DNA of 64,000 nucleotides. Source: Raillietiella orientalis (taxonomy: Eukaryota). Shown here one piece after another: positions 38,560 through 51,066 of the stretch. The translations under genes and the position numbers were made by a program. The stretch is taken from contig JAYWIR010000011.1 of assembly GCA_036172245.1 (NCBI GenBank), positions 2,790,001 through 2,854,000 of the forward strand, read 5' to 3'. Below the pieces are notes generated by a model. That model had not been told where the DNA came from and did not search any database. It saw only the letters and a list, made by a program, of their open reading frames with translations. The stretch's first letter is position 1. Each line of letters opens with the position of its first letter.

Positions 38560-39130
38560 CTGTCCCGATGCGATCCACTCACCTTGCGACCACCCTGGAA
38601 AAGGAAATGGGGAAAAAGAGTCAGCCTGGCTCCTCCAGGACCTTCCTTTCCTGTGTGTGCAGGCACTTCGGTTCCTCCTTAAAAAGCGAGCGCGAGGTGC
38701 TCTTGTTTCTGCGCTGGGGCTTCTGGGCGCAGTCAGTGCTGTCTTCCCCCCGTATCTGGAAGAGTTGCGACGTCTCCAAACTGCCCGAGGTCCGGGGCGA
38801 TTGGGTAGTTGCCGCATTTCTTGATGGAATGCAGCGGAGGCTGTCTCCAGCACCCCTGCTCCCGGAAAACACCACCTACACGTTTATGAACGCGAGGAGG
38901 CTTACGGCAGACTCGTGCCGCCTCGTGTGACGCCTTCCTCTTACAGCAGGCGGTCGTGACCGTGGCGGTGGGTGATCGCATCCGCGCCAACGTCACAGCT
39001 TGCAGAGAGCTGGAGTCTCTTGGAGCTGAGAAGGAAGGCCATCACCTCATGAGGCGCGCTTCTTCCAGATGAGGCTGAGAGCTGGCCTCTCCTGGAAGAA
39101 GTCTCCGCCGAGACTGACGCTTCTGTCCTA
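38560..39130 (-). mobile_element. L1-type ORF2 C-terminal relic (zf-RVT region)
   Basis: APHEVMAFLL (P.KV..FLW-like), ACCKRKASHEAARVC and AVWRRRN (IW..RN-like) in the expected order, downstream of the RT at 40.5-41.9 kb. Confidence 0.6.
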
Positions 39131-40469
39131 GGAACCAAAGAGTGGCTCGTTCCAAAGCTTCACTTCCTTCCTTCCTTTTTTATTGGTTTTTTTTTTTCTA
39201 TTCGTGGATTCATTGTCCCCTCGTCTCTGCTCCAGACTTCCTCAGAGTTCGGCCTAAGTGCAGTTGATCCCTTCCTTTCTATCGTTGTTCTCAGAGAACT
39301 GAGCTTCCAACTTGTTTGTTCATTCATTTATTTTTAAGCAATCGCAAGGCGCACCAGGCTAAAAAGAAAAAAAAACAAAATTGAAAAATAAAGCGAAGCC
39401 TCCTAGAGGCGAGACTCGGCAATAGCAGAAGAACCCGCGCGTCTGAGTTCCCAAATGAAGCTGCTGGGTCGACGCAACTCAGCCTAAGAATAAAAGGGGA
39501 AGAAGTGGGACCAGACATTTCACAAGTTCCCTGGAGGACTCCGTGATCAGACTCGGCGGGGTAGCTCTGTTTTCTTGCCCTTCCTAGGAACACGTTCACA
39601 AACGTCCCCGCTTTCCAGCACACTCGGAAATCGAATTGCTGGGAATCGGGTGGCATTTTTTGGAAGGCTCTGCCGGAGGAAACGGCGCCAGGAAGCCCAA
39701 GACGGAGCTTTCCCTCTCCGGATGTGACGGGACCTCTTCTGTGGAATGTTTTTTGCGGCGGCGACCGTCGCGGCCTCCCCTCACCCGGAATACAGGTGGG
39801 ACTGTAGGGAGGCATCGTTTAGCGCCTCCGGAAGGCTTCCCGATTGCCAAGACAGGGAGCGGGATCCTTCGTCGAGTCGCAGCAAGGCTCGGGAACGCAG
39901 CTGCGGACCCCCGAAGGCCATCCAGCGAGGGGAAGGAGGGGGGAGCGCTCCGAAAGAATTCGCGAGTTCTTCAATTCGGATGCACGGCGCACATCTTGGA
40001 GCAAAATCAGACCCTGCCAGAAAACAGGAAGCATCGAGGTCGTACGGAATTAACAGAAGGCACATGCGAATTATCACGGGTGCTGTATGATAATGATGAT
40101 TACCCAGTTATGACAGAGCCTTCATTACGTAGAGTAATAAAAATACAGTTTTGTATGTATCTGAACCTGCCGAAAAGCGGTGCGCAGACCGGCGAGGCCC
40201 GCCTTGGCAGCGTGGGGGAGGGGAAAACAAAAAAACAAAAAACGGGGGAGGGTGAATGGGGGTGCAAGTCCGTGGGGTGGCACACTCGGGGTCGCAGCGT
40301 CCGTTACTTTCCGAGTTGTCCACTCCCCAAGAAGTTTCATCTTTGCTGCTATGCTGCAAATAACTTCCCGCCTTACCGGGATTACACTGTCCCTTGCATT
40401 CCTTAGGGAGAGCAGCACTGAAGTCGGATGGATGAGGCTCATCGCATCTTTTGCGGGTTGGGGATTATC

Positions 40470-41900
40470 TCCTCCAACGACTTGCGAGTGTTGACGCCCC
40501 GCTGTAGGCAGGCGTACCCCGCCTCGCTCGAGCCGTGGATCTTTCCTCAGGCGAAGACTGACTCCTGAGGCCAAGCAGTGCAGTTCGCGCGGGGGGGTGG
40601 GGCAGGAGATCCAGGTGTTCTCCTCCACCAGGGCAACCATCTAGCGGAGTTGGTATCAGCAATCTCTCATGAGCGACAAGGAGAAATGTGAGTCCCTCGC
40701 AGCCGGTTGCGTTCTTCTCGAGGAGCCGTGCTGGTGTGCACCAGGGCGTTGTCCATAGTCTCGCCACGAGGACGAGTCTTCTAACTTGCCGTTCTGGATC
40801 GCCATCTCAACCTTTTGGAGACGGTCGGACCAGGCTTCTGCTGGGCAGAAGTCCCCCAACGGAACGCCAAAGTACTTGAAGTACCTGCCCGTGGGGATCT
40901 TCAAGCAAATCCAGTTCGGCCGCCTGGAGCACGCCGCACCGACAGGCACTACGGACGACTTCGTCCTGTCTACCTCAAGTCCGGTCCCGCGACCGAGCAG
41001 CTCGAAGAAGCGCTCGAGTGCAGACGCAGAAGTGGACATGGGGAGCAGCAGCAGAAGATCGTCTGCATAAGCCGGCACGGCAGACGTCATGATCTTAGAG
41101 CTAGACTGCTATCCAAAAATCTGGGCAGCACCTCCATGGATTCCACAAACGCCTCCTCCATGGTCTTGCATTTAGTAAACTCTTAAGACCTTGTAAATCG
41201 AAGATTTCATCATTGTAATTTCCAGAGGGGAAGGGGGGGACAAGGGGCAAGGGCAGTGTCTGTGAGGTGAGGGCGCTAAGTTTGCAACATCTGTAAGCAT
41301 CCGTTGCAGAATGAAGCAGGGATGTGCCCTGACTTCGCCATTGTTGAGCATGGAGATGAAACACTTTCGCATGCCAAAGACACCGTTCGTTCAGACACGG
41401 CTCGTTTTCTGTGCACGCAGATGACCCCCTCCCCCCTTCTCTTCCTTTTCGACAGCCAGCATGCTGGAAAAACTACAAGAGCAACTCTCCCTTTTCGAGG
41501 AGCTGTTCAGAGCTGCTCAGCCACGAGCCCCAAGAAGAGTGGCCATCACCCTCCATTTCAGAGCGACTACGCCTTGTGGTTCGTCGGCCAAGGGCAGACG
41601 TTCCGAATAAACCAATCAGGGATTCCTGTAATCGAGGCATTCCAGGAGTGGCAAATACCTTGGTAAGCCGTTTCGTATTGATCTGCTAAAGAGTAATCCC
41701 TCCAGAGAGTAGATAGCGGCCGAGGAGGAGACCCGATGGACTATGGGCGCTCTGTCTGGCGGAAGCTGGATGCGCTGAAAACCTTCTTTTATTGTGAACC
41801 AATGCGCCTAGAACGGCTCCTTATAGGAAGTTGGGCATCCACAGACGGAAAGATCAGAGGTCTGATCGACGTCTAAATCTCTTAAGCAGAGCCACAAATC
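40470..41900 (-). mobile_element. L1-type reverse transcriptase (pseudogenised ORF2)
   Basis: ORF 40656-41090 reads AYADDLLLL (YADD at 41058-41069)...FELLGRGTGLEVDRTKS...YFKYFGVPL. Upstream frameshifted pieces include CPLSP (~41230), RLTKV and a decayed PGPDG..FYK-like GCPTSYKEPF (~41810-41840). Confidence 0.9.
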
Positions 41901-42436
41901 AGCATCCGCATGGAAAGCGCACGCCAAAGAATCCCCAGAGCTCAAGGAGGTGCTGGACGGTGACGCCGTCTTCCTTATGGGCAGATGCTTTGAGCTGCTC
42001 CCGACCTGCCTCACCGCTCCATGTGGAACACCTCGCTTCACCCTGCGAGATGTGGACAGGAAGGGGGATCCCGTCGGCACTCCCCTCCGAAAGGGGGCGC
42101 AAGAGGCCGCGTGTCCAGGAAATGCAAGGAGGGGGAGGACTCGAGCCGAGGATCGTGAGGGGTGTGTATGTCGGCAGAAGACAGGCGTCCAGTCACATGA
42201 AGACCCTCTCTGGTCTATCACTGATGGCAAACCTGAGGGGATGGCTGGGATGTCAGCTTCCAGCAAGAGAGAGGGAAGGGGAAAAAGACGTGAAGACGAG
42301 GATTGCAGCCAACACGCGCTGACCCTGCGTAGCAGCACCCTCGTTCCAACGCCCCCGGACGAAGAGAAAGCCGCATCGTGCGCAGGATCACACCATCCTC
42401 TCACGTGCGTATCCCCGGTTCACGCGTGAGTCTCGA

Positions 42437-42875
42437 TCAAACTTTCCCGCCGCAAGAGGAGAGGTCAGAAGACAAGGCGGAAGTACGCTGCATGCAGACA
42501 GCGAGGCCGCGGGATGGTGCAAAGACGCGACGCGCGCGTCGGCGAAGACCGTCGCAAGAGCGGCACGCGGAGTCCAGAACTGAAAATGGAGGACACGGAA
42601 TCACAGCTGCCCCCGAATCTCCTATCACTGGTAAGAGATCAGCGCATAATTTCAGACGTGGTACGTCCTTTCGAGAACACCCCAGGAGCATCCAGACTGG
42701 CTCGGGAGAACGTGGAGAGTATAGATCGAGCGCATATCACATTATCGCTCTCCGGATGCCCTCCAAGGGGACCGCAATGTCAGCGCGCGTAATCCTCGCG
42801 GGATCACTAGGAGCTCGGTATCCGACCAATGATCGAGCACTTGAAGGTCTGGGAATCGATCCCACGCTGATCGCC
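42437..42875 (+). mobile_element. RLE endonuclease fragment of NeSL/Utopia-like non-LTR element
   Basis: LPPNLLSL..IISDVVRPFENTPGASRLARE, then (frameshift) ILAGSLGARYPTNDRALEGLGI; homologous to 19203-19649 at protein level. Confidence 0.85.
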
Positions 42876-43749
42876 TGAGGAAATTCACGGCACTCTGCAA
42901 CCCCGGGAGCAGGGGAAGGTGCACCGTCCGAACTTCGCTCCGGGAGACACGAAGACCAGCCTGCGATCCGACCCGCGAGAAGGGGGGGGAGGATTCCACC
43001 CAACGAGGGGTGAGGACGAGCTCACCGCCAGTCGATGCTTCCGGCACATCGTCCGCGGGGTCCGAGACGGAAAACACACGGAGGCGTGGGCTTCGACCTC
43101 CCGGGAGGAAACGAAAGCAGAGAGGGTAATTGTTGAGGCTGGGAGTCGGGTAACTTGGCTCCAGATTCGAGGGACTTCGAAGGCACGGAAAAGACAAGGA
43201 TCCTCCTCCCTTTCTCCTCCTCCTCCCCTCCTCCCTTCCTCCTCCCTTCTTCCCATCAGTTTTCCTACGAGTTTTCCCGAACTCTCTACGATTCAACGCG
43301 TTTCCTTCAAGTGCACGGTTGGGCTTTCCTGAAAGAGAAGAGCATGCCGGAACTAAAGATCCACGTGCCCTCAACGCTATTATTGCAAAGCTCCAGCAGC
43401 GAGAAATCCAAGCACTTCCGCGTGCCCCAAAGTTCACAGAGCTGAGATCGGAAAAGGAGACAGCGCTCGATTTCCGTGACTGCACTCGGAGACGTGCAGA
43501 ACTTCGCACTCATCTCTCCAGGCTCCCTCCCTTTCCCCCTCCTCTGAACCAGCAATGCAGAAGCTTCCCGTGGCCTCGTCCACCCTACAAGCCCGATTCC
43601 GGGAACAAACCACCCGCAGCGTTCACCCCACCGCAACTCTGGCGCCTATCCTGCACCCGACCATCTTCCCATCCATTCGTTGAGGCACCCCCTTCCTTGG
43701 ACGGAGCAGTCATCCTCAGGCTGCGCGAAGCTATTATCCCACCTCTGCC

Positions 43750-44430
43750 GCTAATGCATCCGAACCAGGATGTTATGCTCAGACAAAGTCTCGCGCAACA
43801 CCCCTTTACCATCGTCAACAGCACGCCGAACAATCCCTGCACCATTATCGGCACATGCTGCAGTCTCCCGAATCAAAAAATAGAAAGATAAAAAGGACAG
43901 CAACATTCCAACCACCCAATCCTTTCCTGACAGCCTGGCTTCGCTATCGCGGAAGATGAAAACTCTTTTTCTCCGCCGATCGGAAGTCCAGCCACGTAGA
44001 GGGTGAAGCAGCCGAGCGGACTGCAAATCGGTAAATCTTTCCCTGATGGATATGCATTGCAGACGACCAAAGTCGTTTGAGCATCGGTCTGAACACTTCA
44101 TGGAAACGAACCTCTGCAGCGAAGCAGAGAAATCGCCCGCATCCAATCATGAACTCACTGTCGCCTCGCCGTGGTTCTCCATCATTAGTCGCTCGCGGCC
44201 ACACGCCGCCCTTGCTCAAGAGGCTCGTGGGCCGCCGCAGTTGCTGGCTCCCCAGTGCCCTGCACTCCGCGGACGAGCCACGACAAGTCTGCAGTCACCT
44301 CCGCCGGCGGGAGTGCAACAAGTGAGGAGGCAGGGAGAACGCTTGGCTTCTGAGATCTTTCCGACCTCCTCGCTTCCCTCCCATGAAGCTGCGCCCCTTC
44401 GTGGGGACTGGCTAGGACGGCGGTAATTCA
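43750..44430 (-). mobile_element. L1-type APE endonuclease relic
   Basis: ORF 43751-44146 contains AGDFSA (GDFN-like), EARL and LSEHNI (SDH-like); same strand as, and upstream of, the RT at 40.5-41.9 kb. Confidence 0.55.
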
Positions 44431-45789
44431 ACCGAACGTCATCGCCTCGGGCAGAAGCTACTGATGACGAGAATAAGGCGGCCAGTGATTCCCCATCACG
44501 TAGTCTCTACTGCTGGTGACAGGAGAAGAAGGACGAGATTCCTCCAGGGACTAATGCTGGACCGCAAACAGGTCTCTAAGATTGCATCTCTAAAGGTGTA
44601 GAGTGCCGAGGTCATCGTGACTGGCGTGCATGCAAGTCAGTGAGCACAAGAGGATCCAGTGAGGGCTCCCGAATTTTAAGGTCGATAGTTCTTCCTTCCT
44701 CCTTCTTCCACCTTTCCCTTCCTTTTCTCTTCTTCCTCCCTCCTCCCTTCCTCCTCGCGGCAGTCTCTTCCTGCGATTCCTCACCCTCTGCTTCATATTT
44801 CTCTTCTCTCTCCAATCTCTTTTACCCCTCTCCTCTCCTTCCACGCCTCTTCCTCCTTTCAGACCACCTCATTTCTTGCGACAAAAATACTGATTCCCGC
44901 CGTGAAGAGAGGCACAGTCTGAGAGTTCGGTTCCGGCGTTCTGCGGACGAGTGTTCGGGAAAACAGGAGTGAAACCCGAACGAATCCTGGCTCAGGCAAA
45001 AAGAAGTCCCTCCTCTGTTTTTTTCCCTTTCCGCCTTCCCATCCGGGATGCGTGAACTGTCGGTGAAAGGGGAAGCCACTTCTTCAACTCTCGGCACTCT
45101 CGAGATACGCAGCTTCGGGCCTAGGGCAAGGAGAGCGGGCGGCCCGAGTGGACGGGCGAGAATCAAGGAAGAACCCATCCAAAACTGACTGACTGCAAGC
45201 CTTTCAGGTTTCGAGATCTCCCTCCTTCGCATCCTCCTCGGAGTCCCCAGATCACTCCTGCTCCGACGCGAAGTTTCCCTTAAGCATCGCCGCCCTCTCA
45301 ACGGGCTTAGCAGCAGAAGTGGTCGCCTCCCCCTCGCATCCCATCTCACCTGTCCCCCACCTCTCTCCCCCTCATTCCCCCCTTTGCCAGCCGGATGCAG
45401 AAGAGGCCAGCCGGAGGCGGAACTGACCATCTCTCTGCCTCGGCGTCGTGGGGTGGAGTCCTCCCGCTCCCTTCCCACGACTCCCCGGGAAACCGAGATC
45501 CACAACGCTTCCTGTGCTCGAGAAGGGAGCGAAGAAGCGCCACCTTGGTCCAGGAGCCTCCAGGTGGCGGGTGCCGTCGCTCCCACTAGCGAAGATGCGG
45601 GAGGGCGGCGACTCTGCCACACGCTCCCGCGGGAGCGCGAGAAACGGGAGGAGGGGAAGAAGAAAATACACGCACATAGCAGGAGACTCCGTCCTCGGGG
45701 CGCGAGGGCTCCCTGAGGGAACGGAGGCCTCTCTGAGTCCCCAGGTGAGTGATCCGGACCTCTCGTCCTTTCCAAGCTGCGGGCGGAAC

Positions 45790-46170
45790 TCAACCCCAAG
45801 AGAGCAGGTGGCGTCGCTCCGGCGAGGCGGGAGACGAGAGCAGGAAGAAGCGCAGGTAGCCAGCGCGGACAGCGTGACCGTCGGGTTCGCGACCCGAGAA
45901 GCACGGTGCACTGCCGTCGGGGTCTGGGTCCGCGGGCAGAGCCAGTGGAACGGAGGTCGCGACCGGTTTCCCACGTTCCTCCCGGGATGGCACTTCCTGG
46001 GGGAGCGCCATCCCGGGAGCCGAGAACCGCGAGCGAATTCTCCGAATATCTTTGGCAGAGGAGGGACGCCGCCGCGGACAGGTGGCACCAAGGCTTTGGC
46101 GCGATCCCGAAAGCAAGTTCAGTGTCCAGCCTGCCATCGACTCCAGGGTCGGCGGGAGGGGAACAACCCT
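45790..46170 (-). mobile_element. Non-LTR RT N-terminal relic
   Basis: DPGVDG (PGPDG motif, ~46135-46152)...PWCHL...ALVSRL (LA.RL-like) within ORF 44822-46228. Confidence 0.5.
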
Positions 46171-47827
46171 CTCCTGCCATCTGCGTAGTTCTCGGAGGCA
46201 GCGGCTCCTCGCTCCGGTCGGTCGGCACGCGGGTGCGCCTCCAAAAGGCGGCCCCTCAGCGGTGGCTGTGCGACCCAGACCGCCTTGGGGGGGTTTGGGG
46301 GCGCCAACCCAAAATCCAGGGAAATCCTCCGGCAGAAGGCGGCGAATTCGCCCGGGCATGGTTGCGTAGGGAAGGGCGACTCCCTCCCACCCTTGATAGA
46401 GGCGTTCGGAGAGACTCTGGACCAGGAAAGGCAGGACTGGATCGCGTGCCCACGCTGGACGCGTACCCTGTTTCCAGAGTGAGCTTCTGCGATGCCCCCC
46501 GGTCCAAGACCGCGTTCCGGGGTCTACCTTCCGATGATGTCCCCTCCCTCTCTCCCCGAGTAAGAGAGGGGGAGGGGGAGTCGAGCGCAGCGTCTCTCGG
46601 GAACTCTTCCCCTGGGGCGAAGGGGGAGAAGGGGGCGACGCCTTCCGCCCCTCCCTCCTCCTCCAGCGCCGGAAAGGTAAATTCCTCTTTCTCGTTTACA
46701 GAACATCCCGATCTTCGAGGAGCGGTCCGGCAAGTCCCCCTGCGCGCTTCAGAGTTCCCTCGACCTCCTTCCCTTCCTCCTTTGGCCTGTCCCCATTCCC
46801 TGCCTTCCCCCCATAGCGTTCGTAGGGAGTCAGCAGGCGGAAGGGTGAGGGAGAGGACTCTCCGGGAGATCTCACCTCGCCCTTCCCGCTGCAAGCAAAA
46901 GGAAGAGCAGAGGCACCCCTTCCCTCCTCTTCCGTCTGTACCCTCGCGAGCCGCTCTCGAGAGGCGCTTCCCGCCTGTCCCCACCCTCGCTCTCTGGCAG
47001 TGGGAAATGTCCGTCCGGAAGGAGGAAAGGCACTTGGAAACGGCTCCCCCACCGAGTCCTCTGCATCAGGATGTGGAGGGTCGTGACCGTGACGGTTTCC
47101 TCCCTCTCGGAGGTGCCTTCCTCACGGGGTGATCCTGGATTCTGGGCCCTCCCGCTCACCATCTCATCAGATGAATATAGCATCCGCGCCCGCACTGGGG
47201 AAGCTCTCCCTTGGCCTCCCGTTCATCTGCATCCACCTTTTCGCCCCTTCTTTTTGTTTTGTCCGGTAGAGGAGTGAGAGAGGAGAGAACTCTCTCTCGG
47301 GAAGAGGAGAAAGGGAGCGAGCTGCCTCGGAAGGGGCGGTTTGTTCCCTTACTTTACACGCAGGATGCCGCCTACACGCAGAACCGCGCGGGGTCAGCCG
47401 GCGTGCAGAGTCCTGGCCGACCCGCCCCGCAATCTCCAGAAGGGTGCATTCCTTCCCTGGCCGTCTGAATAGGCGTCCAGAGGGCCTACGAAATCCGGAG
47501 GAGGTGGGCGACCCGTCCTCGGCAAGAAGCTCGAGGGGAAGGATGTCGTAAGGAGGGGAGGAAGCGACAGCGGGACGCAGTAGCCGATGAGAAAAAATGC
47601 ATCCAGGACGTCCTGGGAGCGAGTCCGGGGAGGGAGGAAGTCCGCACCTGGCGGATGGCGCCCAGTGCCCTATCCTATCGCCATCCCGCCCTTCGACTTT
47701 CCGCTTTCTCCTGCCGTGCGCGACTCTTTCCCAGGGCTCCTGTCCCCCCGGAGGCGGGCGGGCGGGCTACCGGAGCCAGGAAGCGTCCCGAGGGACGTGC
47801 GAGAAACCGGCATCCAAGCCGATCGAT

Positions 47828-47968
47828 CTTCCTCCTCCTCCTCCTCCTCGTAATCATTAACTCTTCCTCCTTTCCTCCCCCCCTTCTTCCCTCCCTCCTC
47901 CTTCTCCTCCTTCCTTCTCCTCCTCCTCCTCCCTTCCTCCTCCTCCTCCCTTCCTCCTCCTCCTCCCT
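47828..47968. repeat. (CCT)n-rich low-complexity tract
   Basis: Directly visible cct/cctt repeats. Confidence 0.85.
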
Positions 47969-48989
47969 GCTCTATTCCAGCCGGACGTGCCTCGAGGCGG
48001 CGACGGCGCGACGGCGGAGGAGATACCCCGCAGGAGGTTCGGTCCACTCCCTGAGGGCAAACTTGCCAAGAGATTAGCTCCTGCCCTCCTGAATTTTCTT
48101 CCCGCCTCAAGCAGGTTGCGAGGGAGCGTCCGACGTCTTCCTCTCTCCCCTGTTCCCTTAGGCGGAGTGCTGTGAATCTCGCCCACCCTCCCCGTTTACA
48201 CCTCATTATCCCTTCTCTCTTCCTCCCGAGCAGGTGTGGCGAGGGAACGGAGGGCGGACGACCTTCGCGCGAAGTGGATCCCCCGGCTCCGCTGAAACCC
48301 ATCACCATCACCCGCTCTTGTGGCGCCACCGCTTCCGCGAACGCATCCTGGAGGCGACGATGCTATCACAGGAGAGGGGGCCTTCAGGTTCATGGAGAAT
48401 CCGTTCCAGGGTGGCTGTCGTCCTTACAAGGGGCCCCTCCCCCCGCGCGAGCGTGGAGAAGATTCGAGCTTCGGGGTACTTCCGGGACGGAAGGAGGGTC
48501 GAAGGCAGTCTTTCTGGAATGCTAGGAAACACCTCGACCCGGGTCGAGCGACTACCCGCGAGCAGGTGGCGGCGTCCCTCTGGCCCCTACGGATGCGTTC
48601 GTTCACGATCCTCCTTGTCCCAGTAGGCAGCGGCGTTCCGGCAGCTTCCTCAAGGTGCGAGCCGGACAGAGGTCGCAGCGGCAGGAGAACCATCGTCTTT
48701 GCGGTCCGGTTGCTCAGGATGACATCGACGCGGACCCGACGGGGACGCAACCTTCTAGGAGCTCCTTGGGCATCCCGCGAAGGATGCAGAGGACCCGATG
48801 GCGCGGAACCCTGCGATCCCTTTTTTTCCCACCACCTTTTTAAGACTAGGAACAGCCTCCACATCCATTTTTATTTTATCTTTTTTTTTTAGGGGGATGG
48901 GGAAGGGAGGGACGTGCATAAATACATTGGGGTCACAAGATACCTTTATTTACCCCTCTTTCCTCAGCCACCCTGGCGCGAGGTGGACC

Positions 48990-49840
48990 TCTTCCGTCTA
49001 AGCGCCTCGCTATAGACAGCGTCCGGTTCGAGTCTCTTGGACCACAGCAACGACTAGCCACTCGACGGGAGGTGTCTCCAAACGTTCGATGACCCTGGTG
49101 CTGTAAGCCATCCGGGATGTGCCTTCTCTGAGCCAACCGGCATCCTTCTTCTCGTTTCCTGCAAGGGCTTCCAAGGGAGCAGCTCGACCCGTTTCCAGGA
49201 CGAGGAGGAAGCGGTTGGTGGACGGTCCCTCCTTCCCTCCGTGACTCCACCCGCTCTTTCAGATCTCTGGCGAGGATCCGCTCCCGCTGGCTCCGCGTCA
49301 GATACGCCGCCTTCGTCTGAGGACAATCACACAGAGCCACTTTCCGGAAGTGGAGGTGGCACTGGCTCGCTACCTTTTCCGCTGCTGCCGTGACGACCGC
49401 AGCACCTCCGGCACCGTCCCAACGATGCCCCTCGTCAGAGGACCGTAACGCAGTTGGTCGCACTTCAACAGAAGAGGAATTCCTCCTTCCCCCCTCCTTC
49501 CTGCAGGTAGATCTGGAAGCACTGTCCTCGCGGCGTCAAACCACAAGTTCCAGGAAGCGGTCCAGCGATTGTGGAGGATGACGAAGGCACAGCTTAGTTG
49601 GACAGGCACGAAGCTGTTTTCACCTCCTGGTTTCGTCGATGTCCTCTTCCAGACTTCCTTATCCACGGGATCCGTTAGTAAAGGGCAAAGGAATCACGGC
49701 GCCACCAGAGTGAGGATTGGACGTCCATTTTGATCCTTTCTTGAAATCACCTCGACGCGTTCCCGAGAATGGGAGTGGTGGTCCTTTCGTTCTGATCAAA
49801 CCCAAGCAACACGTATTTCATCTGGACGCTCCACATCCCG
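48990..49840 (-). mobile_element. L1-type APE endonuclease relic
   Basis: GEGGIPLLLK (GG.A.L-like, ~49465-49495) and SIARRLD (SRLD-like, ~48995-49015) in the expected order. Confidence 0.45.
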
Positions 49841-50759
49841 ACCTCTAGGGCAGGAACAGGCGCATCACTCCCTACGCTGCTTCCTGGGAGCGTCGCCGCT
49901 ACTCTTCGCTTCCTCCTTCCGAGTCCAGCGACCGACCCGCTGCTCTTCCGCCGAGACGGCGGGCCCTGAAAGAGCCCCCGGGCCATATCCGCACCATTTT
50001 CTGCCGCGGGGGGTGTTGATCGCTCGGAGAAGCGAGACGGTCTACACACTGGCGGCGGCGAGCTGTCACGCCGAAGCTCCAGGGGACTTCCTTACGGACA
50101 AACACTGCTCCGGGATGAGACGAGGAGAGAAGAGATGCGCCCTTCTTTCCCGGTTCCTCTCTTCGGCTCAACGGAGGAGAATTCTCGAACCACAGACCTG
50201 TGCCCTCTTCCTGGAAGGAGACCCTTGAAGGGCATTCCAACTTCTTATCCTTTTTCGCTCCTGCCCAACTTCCTTCCGAGAATCCTTCCGGATGACCACT
50301 CTTCAGTCTCGGCTGGATTCTTCGCCGGACTCGTTTCGCCCTCGCACCAGTCCTTGTGGCCTCCTCTCGGCAACCAGCTACTCATCTTTCTTCGAAGGGG
50401 TTCCTCCAAAATGCGCTCTCTGAACGGCTTCAGCAGCTTTCCGGGAACCTTTCCTCGAGGGAGCAGGAAGCATTAAGTCGGCGGCGAGGAAGGTTCTGCT
50501 GACGTTCCCTGCCTCGTTCTCCAGTCGATATCGGCCGGTTCTGCTGCCGGCTCTGCTCTGCTTAGCTCTTGTGGTAGCCTGGAAACGAATGACGAGAGGA
50601 GGCCTCCCGCCAGCCACCGGGATCCCTCGCAGGACAGCACTCCTCGAGCGGTCGCATCAGCGGAGCATCTCTCCGCAGCAGCACAGCGTGCTCCCTTCAT
50701 GACTCGATTGGTCGAGGGTACCTCCCGACCTACCAGGTTCATTGCTGTTCGCGATGACC

Positions 50760-50953
50760 TGGCAGGTCTTTCCTCATCTCTTTCCTCGTCTTCTCGTCTC
50801 CGTCTTCATCTTCATGCTCTTCCTCCTTCCCTTCTTTGTCTTCATGCTCTTCCCGTTACCTTCCTCGCCTTACTCTCCTCAATCGTCTTTCTTGTCTTCC
50901 TCATCTTCCTCCTCCTCTGCTTTCCTGATGATGAAGAGAAATACGAGAAAGGA
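50760..50953 (+). repeat. Pyrimidine-rich repeat with conserved end, copy 1
   Basis: ..cttcatgctcttcc..ctctgctttcctgatgatgaagagaaatacgagaaagga matches the reverse complement of 53255-53470. Confidence 0.6.
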
Positions 50954-51066
50954 TGACGTGATGACAGTCACCGGGATGGCTCCTCTCCAGAGTGTCGTTA
51001 TGTCTCTCTTTCCTCAGCAGGAACTCGCCTTGGTCCCATTGGGTGCGGGGGAATAGTTCGCTTCCA

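Noticed and set aside
40825..40838. 14-nt match to miR166 (tcggaccaggcttc)
   Set aside because: Lies inside L1 RT coding sequence, the 3' part does not match, and no precursor hairpin was seen.
45906..47132. 408-aa ORF
   Set aside because: Antisense to an RT relic and low-complexity; no motif.
48050..48780. Additional non-LTR RT fragment
   Set aside because: Only faint motifs (LAKRL; VHGESVP); too weak to assign.
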